Part shown: positions 12,139 to 26,151 of the stretch, in pieces
Layout of the letters: each line of letters opens with the position of its first letter
Numbering within the stretch: position 1 is the stretch's first letter
From: Octopus vulgaris
Taxonomy: Eukaryota
Assembly (NCBI GenBank): GCA_951406725.2
Contig: OX597817.1
Coordinates: forward strand, 174,282,001-174,346,000
Length of the DNA stretch: 64,000 bases
Direction of reading: 5' to 3'
The notes under the pieces: generated by a model
Database searches by the model: none
The model's input: only the letters and a program-made list of their open reading frames with translations
What the model was told of the DNA's origin: nothing
Program-made: the position numbers and the translations under genes

Positions 12139-12429
12139 AGGTGTGTGTGGGTATGTGTGTCCTTGTGTGTGAATGTATATATGTAAGTCTGTATATATAG
12201 ATATAGATATTTCTGTGTATATAGATATATGTGTGTCTATGTCATCATCATCATCATCATCGTCGTTTAACGTCCGTTCTCCATGCTAGCATGGGTTGGA
12301 CGGTTCGACCGGGGTTCTGGGAAGCCAGAAGGCTGCACCAGGCTCCAGTCTAAATTTGGCAATGTTTCTACAGCTGGATGCCCTTCCTAACGCCAATGTC
12401 TGTGTATATATGCCCTTCCTAACGCTATG

Positions 12430-12467
<38 letters not shown>

Positions 12468-12473
12468 CATATG

Positions 12474-12513
<40 letters not shown>

Positions 12514-12847
12514 GTACACGAACATCTATATATATGCACACACACACACACGCGTTTGTGTGTATAAGTATATATATATATATATATAAATATAAAATTA
12601 TAATTTAGGATATCTAAGACATACCGCCACACTGGAAGCAGTAGTCAAAACCTGACTCTAAAACCACATTAAACGTTCATACAGCACTAGGAGAGAAGAC
12701 AAAAAGACAAAATAAATTAGTAAAAAATTACTGGCGGTATCTCTTACATATCCTAAATTATAATTTTAATAATTATTATTACCTTTGAAGGTCTTTATGG
12801 CCATGCTGGCCACTTGATAAGATCGATATTTAAATTAATGATCTTAT

Positions 12848-12947
<100 letters not shown>

Positions 12948-13269
12948 GATTCTCCCATCGTTAGATGACACATGAGGGTTTGACAATTTCTTACCTATTT
13001 CTTACCTATTTTAAGCTTACAAACAAATAATTTTATTTTTTAATACAGTACAGTAAAAAAAAAATGTAATATAAATTTATAATACAATTTGGTGGTGTTT
13101 ACAATACATCGCGGACACTTTATTTATGAAGGCTGTTTGCAATAACACATAGTAAAATAAAAGTCTTTTTTAAGCTTAAAAAACAAATTCAGTAATTATC
13201 ATTATTTTGCAATAGTAAAAAAAACTAAATTATTTTAAATTTACCAATATGTACATACAATTTGGTGGT

Positions 13270-14517
13270 TTACATTGCGGATGTAGATGACTGTGGATCG
13301 TCAACATCAACAGCTGACTCTGGCTGTTCTTGTTGTTCGATGCACTTAAAAAACCGGTTGAGAGTTCCTTGAACTGTCTTCTTCTTTTCCTTAAGGATTG
13401 CATTATAAGGAGCAAAAACTAGATGACAAGCCCCCCATAATCTTGAAAAAGCGTCAAGCATTTGGGTCCATATCCTTGAACATAGAAAAACCTTTTTTGG
13501 TATGTGCAAATGCTTGCTGCATTTTCTTAATGGTAAAGTGACGTGGCTCAGGTTCGACTTACACTTCTTTATTTTGCTGCTCGTGAAGCTCTCTCAAATC
13601 CTCGTGCGTCAAGGGCTGCTTGTCTTTTTCAAATAAATCTGTGAAATCCTCCTCCTCCAAATGCATTTCCAGTTCTTTGCTCATAGACACCAACATTTTG
13701 TTGATGATAACATTATCAAACCCCTTAAAATCATTCACGAATTAGCTTCTTCCTTACACCATTCATAGTCGTGCTCTGTACAACATTCCATGCTGCTATG
13801 TTCTGTACAGCCTTGTAGATATTGGTTCTCTTCCAAAAGTCATGAAGTGTGATGGACTCATCAAGATCAGCTGCAGCTATTGCATATAGTAATGTTTGAA
13901 GATAGCAATTATTCCCTGATCCACTGGCTGCAGAAGAGATGTGGTGTTCAGAGGGAGGTATATGATGGTAATGTTGGGGTCAAAACCTGCAATGTTTTGA
14001 CCAGGAGGATTATCTAAGATGAGTAAGATTTCAAAAGAATCCTCCTCTTCTTACGGTACTTCTCTGCTGCTGAGATAAAATGATTGAAGAACCAATCTTC
14101 AAAAACAACAACAGTAACCCATGCTTTTGAATTAGCCATCTTTCTCATCTGGATATTTTTTGTTCAGGTCCCCAAACAAAGACGCTGCTTTCTCTTGAAT
14201 GATTTCTTGACTAATAGTAGCACGCTAATGATTCAACCTAACAATCCAAAGAGAATGAAGACTTCCTATTTCTTCAAAGATTTTGCCACTTTTCTTGTTG
14301 AGACAATGTTCTTCATCCCTGGGGCTTCAGATTTGATATGTGCTAAAATCTTGTCCTTATTATGTACAATTGTCGATACAGTTGTCTGACTCATCCGAAA
14401 AGATTGTGCAATTTCTACCTCTTTTCACATTTTTCGTGGCGTTTTATCACTGTCAGTTTATTTTCCAGTGTTAGCATGATGCTTAGCACTTTCACTATGA
14501 ATTTTCTTAGGAGCCAT
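13270..14517 (-). pseudogene. Degenerate Tigger/pogo-type transposase
   Basis: Minus-strand fragments MAPKK..EIAQSFRMSQTTVSTIVHNKDKI (HTH), ANSKAWVT..FEDWF..ILLILDNPPG..YLPLNTTSLLQPVDQG (DDE_1) and PYNAILKEKKKTVQGTLNRFFK. Multiple frameshifts and stops, plus an internal deletion. Confidence 0.85.
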
Positions 14518-14898
14518 GGGGACAAAGAATAAAGTCACAAATGAATGAGAATTAGAAAGTACCCAATAAACAGACGTAAGCAAATCTGAATTTAAAATAA
14601 TCGTGGGGATCATAAGTGACAGCGACGCCTAACGGTAGATATTAGAACTATGATGCAATATGAGCCCCGAAAAACCAATAAATAAGACAACACAGCTGAT
14701 TTCATGATTTCATTCACTAAGCTACACTACTTTATGGTGTGTATTTTAACATTTACTGCACATATTTTAATTTGATCTTATGTGCCTTTTTGTGTTTCTT
14801 AAATGGCTTATAAACACTTTCCACGCTGCAATTGTTTTTGTTCCAGCACACGATCTCAGATCAGGTCACTTGCTATGCAAGTACATCTCCATAATATA

Positions 14899-14934
<36 letters not shown>

Positions 14935-15043
14935 CACACACACATATAAATCTTTAAATCGTTTCACCTTCAAAGCTGTGTCATGCTGGGGCACAAATAT
15001 ATTTTATATATTATATATATATATATATGTGTATGTATGTATG

Positions 15044-15085
<42 letters not shown>

Positions 15086-15088
<3 letters not shown>

Positions 15089-15408
15089 AGAAGGCATATG
15101 GTTTAGTGGTTAGGGTGTTGGAATCAAGAGTGTAAGGTTGTGGGTTTGATTCCTGGCAGCACATTGTGGTCTTGAGCAAGACACTTTATTCCACATTGCT
15201 CCTGTTCACTCAGCTGACAAAAATACATAGTTCTGTATTTTGAAGGGCCAGCCATGTCACATCCTGTGATACATAGAATCTCCTTGAGAACTACTTTAAG
15301 GGTATGTGTGTCTGTGGAGTACTCAACCACTTGTGCATTAATTTTATGAACAGGCTGTTCTGTTGACTGGATCAACTGGAACCCTCGTTGTAACTGACAG
15401 TGCCAGCG
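15086..15408 (+). mobile_element. tRNA-derived CORE-type SINE family B
   Basis: A box TGGTTTAGTGG, B box GGTTTGATTCC, CORE-like GTCTTGAGCAAGACACTTTA..CACTCAGCTG. Copies at ~23455-23765(-), 25700-25930, 41262-41557(-), 43505-43825, 54060-54240 and 56175-56466. Confidence 0.8.
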
Positions 15409-15499
15409 ATATGTATATGTGTGTGTGTATATATATATGTGTGTGTTTGCATGTGTGTGTGTGTATATTTATATGTATGAATATGTATGTGTGTATACA

Positions 15500-15740
15500 T
15501 TCTTTTATTCTTTTACTTGTTTTAGTCATTTGATTGCAGCCATGCTGGTGTACTGTCTTTTAGTCAAAGAAATCGACCCCAGGACTTATTCTTTGTAAGC
15601 CTGGCACTTATTTTGTTGGTCTCTTTTGCTGAACTGCTAAGTTACGGGGACATAAACACACCCACATCAGTTGTCAAGCGATGTTGGGGGGATAGACACA
15701 GACACAAAGACACACACATTCATAAATACATATGTGTGTA

Positions 15741-15779
<39 letters not shown>

Positions 15780-15936
15780 GGCAGGCTTCTTTCAGTTTCC
15801 GCCTGCCAAATCCACACACAAGGCTTTGGTTAGCCTGAGGCTATAGTAGAAGACACTTGCCCCAGGTGCCACACAGTAGGACTGAACCCGGAACCATGTG
15901 ATTGGGAAGCAAGCTTCTTACCACACAGCCACACCT
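15500..15936 (-). mobile_element. SINE family A, full length
   Basis: Head, internal microsatellite and tail as in the other copies. Confidence 0.85.
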
Positions 15937-15993
15937 GATGTATAAATAATGCATATGTATCTGTATATATATATATATATGTATGTGTCAGTG

Positions 15994-16069
<76 letters not shown>

Positions 16070-17881
16070 ATGCATACCATTTCATGAAACATTATTTAGC
16101 ATCAGACTTCCATGTTTGATGGTATCCAAAAGAACAGAGGACTGAACAGTGTCTTTTACTGTCTGCTTTCGCATGGTTTCTATGGCTCGATGTGTCCTTC
16201 CTAATGCTAACCACTTTACAGAGTGCACTGGTGAAGTTGCCTTACAACTCGCATGATGTAGTCCGTGCAGGTAGTGGCAAACCTAGAGATGAAGGGAGGC
16301 TGTGAGTGATGGAGAGACGGGAGTCATGGAGGAAGAAGTAAATGAAGATAATATATGGGAGGACGCAGCTAGGCAGACCTGTCAGGGGAACAATGCACAC
16401 ACACACACACAGCTTCGTGATGGTTGTCTTTTGCAACTATCACTAAAAGAGAAAGGAGCAAAGTCCCTATGTTCCTTATACCATATATGTGTGTGTGTAT
16501 ATGTACACACACACACACACACACTCACACTCACACACACAGAGTAGTAGTAGTATGGGGGTATGTGCTGCAACATTCACTATTCATTGGTGAGTCCCTA
16601 CTACTCCTGGTGGATGCTGCTTTTGCATCTCTCAGGCGACAACCCTCCAATCCATGGGTCTGTTTGGGTAGTCATTGCTGGTGAGGGTTTTTTTCAAGGT
16701 CGGAGTGCAATTCCTACCTCGACCATTTTTAGTTGCCTTTTATGACCAGCAGAGGAAAAGCTGAGTTTATTCTTTTAGCATGCTGGACCCCACACAGCAC
16801 CTCCCACCATGCACGCATATGCACCATATACACACACACTCACTCACACAGATATATATATATATACACACACATGCACATACATATGTGCATACATATA
16901 TTTGGTTTAATTAAACACTGTAATAATAGATGTTTTTATATCAAAATTATTTATATTCATATTATTTCTTTCTTTCATTTCAATTCAATTGTCACAATTT
17001 ATTTCAAAGTGAAAAAGTTAAACACATAAATAAAAGAAAAATATTTAATTCACTTCACTTGTCCAAAATGCACTTCCAAAATTTTCAATTTGTGTTTGCT
17101 CTTCACATTGTATCAACCATAATATTGGCTATATAATACATTAATTATAATCAGATTAAAGCAATGTACCATATATTTCCAATACTAAAATCATTTGTCT
17201 TATTCAAGTGTATACCACATCATATATACATCATTCTATAGACTTATAAAATCTCTTTATATTAATGGCTATTGAAATTTTTCTGGTAAACATTCCGTAA
17301 ATATTATAATTTCTAGCTTATTTTTACATCTCTTTGCGAATGTAATTTTCTCATGTCACAGACACAATGAAGACTGTAAGGATATTATTCGCCTTAAATT
17401 TCCAGAGTTATGGTGACATTTTAAACTGTGTGTGAATAGAATATTTGTACTACTACAAAATCACGTGGAGAGCGTTCAGCTGTCTGGTTACTGAATTGTG
17501 CTGAACGACTGATTATTGGTCACGTAGAAATTGTTATGCAATGTTGTCTAATCTCTTGATTGTTTTATAATTAATACCCTAATAAATTAGTACGTCATTG
17601 AGATGTTTAATTTCTATTGAACTGCACACACACACACACACACATCTATTATATTTCCCCTTTATTGTCTTCCCTTTGCCATTTGTTTCACGGTAGGTAA
17701 GTGTTTCTACTTAGACTATGTTTGCATTCATTTATGTAAACGTAGCCGGTGGCCAAATATTTTCAACTTGGAGTAAAATGAATAGAAATTAATGCTAGCA
17801 GATAATTAAGGTTTCAGCTAAAATATTCAGCTAATGGCCATTAGTTTATGTTCTATAACAATGCTTTATTGAATTTATTGA

Positions 17882-17983
17882 ATCATGTAGGAATAGCCAT
17901 ATATCATGTAGGAATAGCCATATATCATGTAGGAATAGCCATATATCATGTAGGAATAGCCATATATCATGTAGGAATAGCCA
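17882..17983. repeat. 21-bp minisatellite, 5 copies
   Basis: (ATCATGTAGGAATAGCCATAT) x5, perfect. Confidence 0.95.
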
Positions 17984-18304
17984 TCACTATGTGGTTAAGT
18001 AGTTTGCTTTTTCAACCATGTGGTTTTTGGGTTGAGTCCCAAAGCATAGCACTGCAAGCAAGGGTCTTCTATTACTTTTATTGTGCCCCAGTTTGACCAT
18101 AGCCCTGTGAGTGGATTTACTTGATGGACACTGATGAAAGAAGCCTTTCATTTACTCACAATGCTTGCACGTACACACACACACACACACACACACATAA
18201 AAGTAACAAATGCATATTTCACCATTGTTGTGGCTTGTCAATGTAATGAACTCCTGTCACTTCCAAAACAATACAATGGTTTGTAATGACACGACAAAAT
18301 CCAA

Positions 18305-18357
<53 letters not shown>

Positions 18358-18908
18358 CACAGGTGAGCACACAAGTGCAAAACAAGGTGAAAAAATAGTA
18401 CTTGAATGCCAAAGGTAGAGTAATAAACTTTTTATCAAAGCTGCAAAATTATCACAGAACTGTTACTCAGAGTTTCACATTTCTGTTTGTGGGACAGTTG
18501 TGATAAATACTAAATATATATATATATATATATATAAGTTGTAATTATAAAATCAAACCAAATAGTGGAATTTTGAAATCATTTAGTATGTATGTTTCAG
18601 GTCTGCATAATATAATCAAAAATGCATCTGATATATAAGACCTTTCCGTGCCGTTGGCATGTAAAATGCACCAATCCGATCGTGGCCGTTGCCAGCCTCC
18701 CCTGGCACTTATGCAGGTGGCACGTAAAAAGCACCCACTACACTCACAGAGTGGTTGGCGTTAGGAAGGGCATCCAGCTGTAGAAACACTGCCAGATCAG
18801 ACTGGAGCCTGATGCAACCTCCTGGCTTCCCAGATCCCCGGTCGAACCGTCCAATCCATGCTAGCATGGAAAACAGACGTTAAACGATGATGATGATGAT
18901 GATATATA

Positions 18909-19308
18909 GGCTAAGGAGTGGCTGTGTGGTAAGTAGCGTGCTAACAAATCACATGGTTCCGGGTTTAGTTCCACTGCATGGTACCTTTGGCAAATGTCTT
19001 CTACTATAGCCTCAGGCTGACCAAAGCCTTGTGAGTGGATTTGGTAGACAGAAACTGAAAGAAGCCCATTGTGTATATGTATATATATGTATGTGTGTGT
19101 ATATGTTTGTGTGTCTGTGTTTGTCCCCCAGCATCGCTTGACAACCGATGGCGGTGTGTTTACGTCCCCGTAACTTAACAGTTCGACAAAATAGACCGAT
19201 AGAATAAGTACTAGGCTTACAAAGAATAAGTCCTGGGGTCAATTTGGTTGACTAAAGGCGGTACTCCAGCATGGCCACAGTCAAATGACTAAAACAGGTA
19301 AAAGAGTA
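18909..19308 (+). mobile_element. SINE family A, full length
   Basis: GGAGTGGCTGTGTGGTAAG head through AAAAGAGTAAAA tail. Confidence 0.85.
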
Positions 19309-21304
19309 AAATATATATATATATATTGGTTTGTATGTGTGTACCTTTTCATCTTGACATTACGTAAAGTGTCAAATGAATGTCACCATTATACAATCTG
19401 TGTCATTTGTTTTTAACCTTCCCTGAAATCTTGTCCAGTCATGGGGAAATGTTACTTTGTTTGAAAACAAATGAAAGTTGACAACAGGAAAGATATTCAT
19501 CTGTAGAAAATCTGCCTTAATGAATTCCATCTGACCCATGCAAGCATGGAAAGTGGAGATTAAAACAATGATGATGATACACTGATAATTGTGAAGTTGA
19601 TGATGATGATGTTCTATAAAAATGTTTATAGAATTGATTAAATTAGAACCCAAAGCCTGTAGTTTCAGAATGGCAGTTTTCATATGATCTTGAAGAAACT
19701 TGTTCTGATTTTATAACTGCTGTTTATAATGAATGCCCATATATGTCTACAGATGATATTACAGTGTCATTGTTATTTAGCACCAGGTCAACCCTCACTG
19801 AGCAAGATCTATGATCAAAGGCATTCTAATCGTGACCACTCCATTTTTCTCTCTTTTTTTTCAAGATAGTAGGTTGTAATTTTAGTGAGATTTGGCTGCT
19901 ATTCCTAGAAGGTTGGGTAACAATGTTGAGGCTTTCTCGTTAGCCATTAGCTAATGGTTTTGTTAACTGTGGTGTGTATACATGTGTGTATTTATATATA
20001 TATATGTATATATAAATAAATCTTGTTTTGGAAGTGACATGAGTACATCACATTGGCAAGCCACAACAATGGTTAGGTATCTTCTTAATTGCTCTAAATT
20101 TTAATAAGGCTGCATACCCTGTTACTTTAAGGACCAGAGTACCTCTAGAAAGTACTCTTACAACCTAACTGCTCTGAGTTTCTTAAGAGGCTGGGTATCT
20201 TCATTCTTTCTTCAATCTTTTTGATACTAACCCACCTAAAACTGCTATTGGTTCCATGACACAAACTTGCTGTTTTAAGATGATCTAAATTATCTTTCAT
20301 CAAAATTTTATATTAACTTGTTCCAAACAATGGTTTGATAATGAGGAAATAATTTTACTAAATTCTTTATATTTTAAAAAATAATTAAAAACAGAGTCTG
20401 CACTTGTAAACAGAGATATGGTAAGAAAAGAGTAAAGGACCAAGTTACTCCTAGGCAATAGTTTTATACCTAAGTGCTTTGAGTTTCAATAAGGCTGGAC
20501 ATCCTCTTTTTTTTTTATTTTAAGGACCACGTTATCTCTACTGGGTAGTTTTATGCCTAACTGCTCTGAATTTCAATAAGGCTGGGTATCTTCTTTTCTT
20601 ATTACATGGACTAGGTTACTTCTTGGGGGTAGTTTTCCACCTCACTGTTCTAAATTTTAACAAATTTCACTTGGGAATTGATTTTATTCAATTAACTAAC
20701 AAAGAACTGACCTAGTGTCTGGCCCAAAGGAAATCAATATTTGTCACCAAGAGATGAAATTACTGAAAAGAAGTTACTAATTATATCAACAGAAAAGCAA
20801 TATGTTAAACATTAAAAGATTGCAGAGATAGAAATCATGTTTATTATTGCTTTATAACCAACTACATTTACAGATGCAGTTATATATCACATTACAAAAC
20901 AACCTGCTGGGGATGACTAAAAATGCCTTTGGGGTGAAGTATAAATTGGAAGATGAACCACATTGTAAGAAGAATGGAGCAGAAGGATTTTGTCTGTTGT
21001 TACATGTCATAATCATAGACATGTGTGTGTATGTATGTATGTCTCTCTCAACATCATATGGTAGTTGTAAATGAATTTCACCGTTATGTAAGTCGTGTTT
21101 CTCATTTCTTCTGTGAATACATGTCTAGCCTTGGTGAAAATATTATCTTGCTTGGAAACAAGTGAGGATTGGCAACAAGAAGGGAATGCAGCTGTAGAAA
21201 ATAGGCCTCAGCAAATACCATTTGAGCCATACAAGTAGGGAAAAGGGGACAATAAAACAATGATAACTGAGGTACTTGTTATTTGATGCTGGCACTGTTT
21301 AGAC

Positions 21305-22077
21305 CAGGGCTCTCAACTGGGGTCCATATGGATCCTTGGATTCCTTTTACTCTTTACTCTTTTACTTGTTTCAGTCATTTGACTGTGACCATGCTGGAGC
21401 ACCGCCTTTAGTCAAGCAATGTTGGGGGGGGGGGGGGCAAACACAGACACACAAACATATACACACATATGTACATACATATATATATATATATATGATG
21501 GGCTTCTTTCAGTTTCCGTCTACCAAATCCACTCACAAGGCTTGGTTGGCCTAAGGCTATAGTAGAAGACACTTGCCCAAGGTGCCACACAGTGGGACTG
21601 AACCCGGAACCATGTGGTTGGTAAGCAAGCTACTTACCACACAGCCACTCCTACGCCTATAAGATTTTTGGGGTTCATGACAATGAAAGAGTAAATTAGG
21701 GATTCACTTCACAGTAGTATATTAAGTGAGCATGCAAAGATTTTGCATTAGGATGGGCATCCAGCTGTAGAAACCCAACCAAATCAGACTGTAACCTTGT
21801 GTAGCTCTCCAGCTTGCCAGCTCTTGTCAAACCATCCAACCTATGCCAGCATAGAAAGCAGATATTAAAAGAGGATGAGGATGATGGTGATAGTGTATTT
21901 ATTGTAAGAAACAGCTCAGTTTCTTTCTGTAATGTTTTTTACATAGTTCAACCTACACAAGTTACTGTGTGAAAAGCAAAATAGGAATTTTGAAACATCA
22001 AATAGTTATAGGGTTCCACTAGAATAAGATAGTAATCAAAGGGGTCCATAGATAAGAAAAATGGTTGAGAATCTCTG
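21305..22077. mobile_element. hAT (Charlie-like) MITE with nested SINE A and RTE end
   Basis: Perfect 8-bp TSD GTTTAGAC (21297, 22078) and TIRs CAGGGCTCTCAAC / GTTGAGAATCTCTG. Confidence 0.85.
21343..21660 (-). mobile_element. SINE family A, internally deleted
   Basis: Head and tail present; the middle of the tail is missing. Confidence 0.8.
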
Positions 22078-23270
22078 GTTTAGACCAAAGCCAGGTTTGA
22101 TTGAGCAGGTCTTTGAGCAGAGGTATTCTTGCCACGAATATCATCTCTTTCAGATTCTGTGTCTAGGACAGTATTATTTCATGGGGTTTCCCATTTTAAA
22201 AATTCTTGAGTGTGAATTGTTGAAGATTTGGTTGCTAATTGTAGTGGGGGGTGAATGACCATATTTAGAGGCTCTCTTGCTGCTTCTATTGATATAAACA
22301 TGGTGAGAAATCTCTTCTATATTTGGCTCAAAGGCTTTTAAATGAGTCATGAAATCTATAACAATGCATTATTGACATGTTGTCACTGTGGTTGCTCTGA
22401 CAGAAGTTCAATGATGCAATTTGAGCTGAATAGGCAGAATGGCTTCAATGGGAATTGACTTCAGATTTAAAACTTCCATAAGAAACTTAGCAATAAGGTT
22501 TATGTCTTGGACAAATATGATAGAGCATGAAAATATTCCATGCAGAATTATTAGAGCCATTGTTTTGATTAGTATTCTTTCTCCCGTCTGTTGTTACGTT
22601 CTGAGTTCAAATTCCGCTGAGGTCGACTTTGCCTTTCATCCTTTTGGGGTCGATAAATAAAGTACCAGTTTCCCACTGGGGTCGATGTAATCGACTTAAT
22701 CCCTTTGTCTGTCCTTGTTTGTCCCCTCTATGTTTAGCCCCTTGTGGGCAGTAAAGAAATATATTCTTTCTCCTCATCACATACAGTAGCCAACAGATAT
22801 AGGCCATTTTCTGACTATAACTGGAGTATTATAGATTGGTACATAGTGATCTGCATGGCCAAGCTCAGCTATAATTATTTTAACCCTAGACAGTCATTTT
22901 CTTGAACACAAGTTTCTGTTTATTTTAAATTATTATTTAATTTGTTTCTCACAAAAAAGCTTGCACAAATACCATAAGACATGGTGGATGCACCATGATT
23001 AAAATAAACACACACACACGCACACACACACACACTCACACACACACTCACACAGTCTCTTTTCCCTTTTCTCCTCTCATTCTGTCCTCCTCTCTCACTC
23101 TCCCCATCCCCTCTCTTTTACAAAATATTTAACAATAAGATGAAAATAGTATTCTTGCTGCTTATGTAAATGTTACTGCACACAGAAATAATGCACCATT
23201 GTAACTGCAGCAGCCAATTCTATGACTATTTATATTTTGAAACCAATTTATTCATTTTCTCTGATTCCAG

Positions 23271-23359
23271 TTGCTTCTAGAAAAGAATTTTCGATGGACA
23301 TTTCTAAGCGTGTGCTTTGGAGAAATTTACTCAAAATCTCTTCTGATATATTAGGGAAA
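23271..23359 (+). CDS. Candidate internal coding exon of an unidentified gene
   Basis: Acceptor ttcattttctctgattccAG and donor AAA|GTAAGT. 89 nt with only one open frame: (V)ASRKEFSMDISKRVLWRNLLKISSDILGK. Confidence 0.45.
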
Positions 23360-25277
23360 GTAAGTTTTCTAATATTTAAGCTGTGTAAGGGAGATAGTTG
23401 GTAGAATCAGTGAGGCGAATACTGTGCCTATATATCTTGCTATATATCTTAAAATATAACTGACTGACACTCTGTCAGTTACGACAATGAGCATTCCATT
23501 TGATCTTATCAACAGAACAGCCTGTTTGTGAAATCAAGGTGCAAGTGGCTGAGCACGCCACAGACATGCATACCCCTTATCGTAGGTCTCGGGGATAATG
23601 TGACAAGGCCAGCCTTTTGGATTAGAGTAACAACTCATTTTTGTCAGCTGAGTAAACTGGAGCAATATGAAAATAAAGTGTCTTGCTCAAGAACACAATG
23701 TGCTGATGGGAGTCAAACTCACAACCTTACAATCCTGAGCCTATTTCTCTAACCACAAAGCCATGTGTCTATCTTACAATATATAAGGTTAATATTTTGC
23801 CTTTTATTCTTATGGTGTTGATAAGGGGGTGAGCTGGCAGAATCATTAGCACATCAGAGAAAATGCTCTGTGGCATTTCTTCAAGCTTTTTATGTTCTGA
23901 GTTCAAATTCCACTGAGGTTGACTTCGCTTTTCATTCTTTCAGGGTCAGTTGAGTACTGGGGTTGATGTGATCAACTATTTCCTTCCCCTAAAATAGCTG
24001 CCCTTCTGTCAAAATTCAAAATCATTCTTATGGAGCTGATAAAATAAATACCAAACAAATACTGGGGTTGATTTTAATAAACTGTGCCCTTTTTCCATAA
24101 TGTGGGGTCTTATACCGAATTTACAAATCATTATTTAAACTGTTTGGTATCTCAAATAGTTTATTTCCAACAATTTGTTTGAAATGTGTTTAAAAAAACT
24201 CCAAACCAGTAAATACTTTAGATCAACTAATTGTTTTACATTTTGTAAATAAAGGTCAAATCTGTATTTATATTACCCCAGGGAGTCAATTTTCACTTCA
24301 GACAGTCACTAACTGTAATTTATATCTCGGCTTTATAGACTTGGTATTCTATGTGTAAATTCCCTTTGCACAGATTGTAGTAAATCAATACATTCTAATA
24401 CTGAAGTGCCCATACTTGGCACAAATATTATAACTCTGATCTGGTGAATGATAAGAACTTTCTTTTTATGAAAATTTTTTTTTTGTATTCATAATCAACT
24501 ATCTTATTTGTATTAGTTCCTGTTGCTTTTACTCCATTCTAGCAGTGTGTGCTTCAAAGCTCAGGCATAACTTTTGCCAATGACCTAAGTCTCTGATGTT
24601 ATCGACTTTTCTTATCCCTCCTCTGCCAATTTCTAGTTGTTATGATGTAAAATTTTTCCCTCTCCGCAACCTTTACTGCAAATATCCAAATTCCAATTCT
24701 TGGGTTCATTTATGAAATCTTTTCAGATATTTTTGAAGTTTTTTAGACGAAATTTTTATGAGAAATGCCAGATAAAGTTCAGTCATTATTATCAATGGGT
24801 GCAGGAAGGTGGCAAGCTGCAGCATTTCATTCATCTTGACATTCTGAGATCAAATTTTACTGAGGTCGACTTTGCTGGCCTTGTGCCAAAATTTGAAATC
24901 ATTATTAATGGGTACAGGTATCTGTGTAGGGATATATCTATATTTGTCATTATTATTAGTGGGTGCAGGTACATGTGCATAGATATATGTCTTGTTAAGG
25001 TTATCTGCTAAGGAACTCTGCCAGATCAAGATTGGAGCCTGGTGCAGCCATCTGGTTTGCCAGTCCTCAGTCAAATCGTCCAACCCATGCCAGCATGGAA
25101 AGCAGATGTTAAACAATGATGATAATGCTGATGATGACAGTAGAACATGGTATTGACTTATAAAAACGTTTAATATACTTTATAGTATATAATGATTGTA
25201 TAACAGAATACGGTCTCCCTAAAAGTAATTAAGATATGTCTAAATTTATCAATGCTCTTATTGTAGTCATTCTATTA

Positions 25278-25493
25278 TGAGGGGGTGCTGAAAAGTTCCA
25301 GGCTTTAAGGGTGTCACAGAAGGCATGGTTGGAGGCCCAACCTTCTGAGTTCTTTTACAGGGCTTAGAAAAACTGAAGGGCTGCTGCAATAAGTGGGTAA
25401 GCCTGAGAAGGGAATATGTTGAATAAAATCATAATTAACTGATCCTCCTGTATTTTCATTTACTCAAAGCCAGGAACTTTTCAGCACCCCTTG
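25278..25493 (+). mobile_element. mariner-derived MITE
   Basis: TIR TGAGGGGGTGCTGAAAAGTTCC / GGAACTTTTCAGCACCCC with TA on the left. Retains the transposase C-terminus FFLQGLEKLKGCCNKWVSLRREYVE*. Confidence 0.8.
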
Positions 25494-26151
25494 GATAACT
25501 GTGCCCCACCAACCTTCACAGTTGATATAATAAACTCTGAGGTAAGGGTTAGCAACAGGAAGAGCATTGGCTGTAAAAAAGTAATACTTGTCTAACCCAT
25601 GATAACATAGAAAAATGGATGCAAAAATGAATGAAATAGATACCTTATGGACTTTCGTACAGTTTAGCCTGCCAAATTCCATTCTTAAGGTATCAGTTTA
25701 GTGCATGGATCAGTGGTTAGAGCATTGGGCTCACAATCATGAGGTAGTGAGTTTGATTCCCAGAGTGGGTTGTGTGTTGTGTTCTTGAGCAAGACACTTT
25801 ATTTCACGTTGCATCAGTTCACTCAGCTGTAGAAATGAATTGCAATGTCACTAGTGCCAAGCTGTATCAGCCTTTGCCTTTCCTTTGGATAACATCAGTG
25901 GCATGGAGAGGGGAGGCTGGTATGCATGGGCAACTCTTTTACTTGTTTCAGTCATGTAACTGCGACCATGCTGGAGCACCGCCTTTAGTCGAGCAAATTG
26001 ACCCTGGGCCTTATTTTTTGTAAGCCTAATACTTATTCTAGCGGTCTCTTTTGGCGAAACGCTAAGTTACAGGGACGTAAACACACCAGCATCGGTTGTC
26101 AAGCGATGTTGGGGGGATAAACACAAACATATACACACATACATACATACA

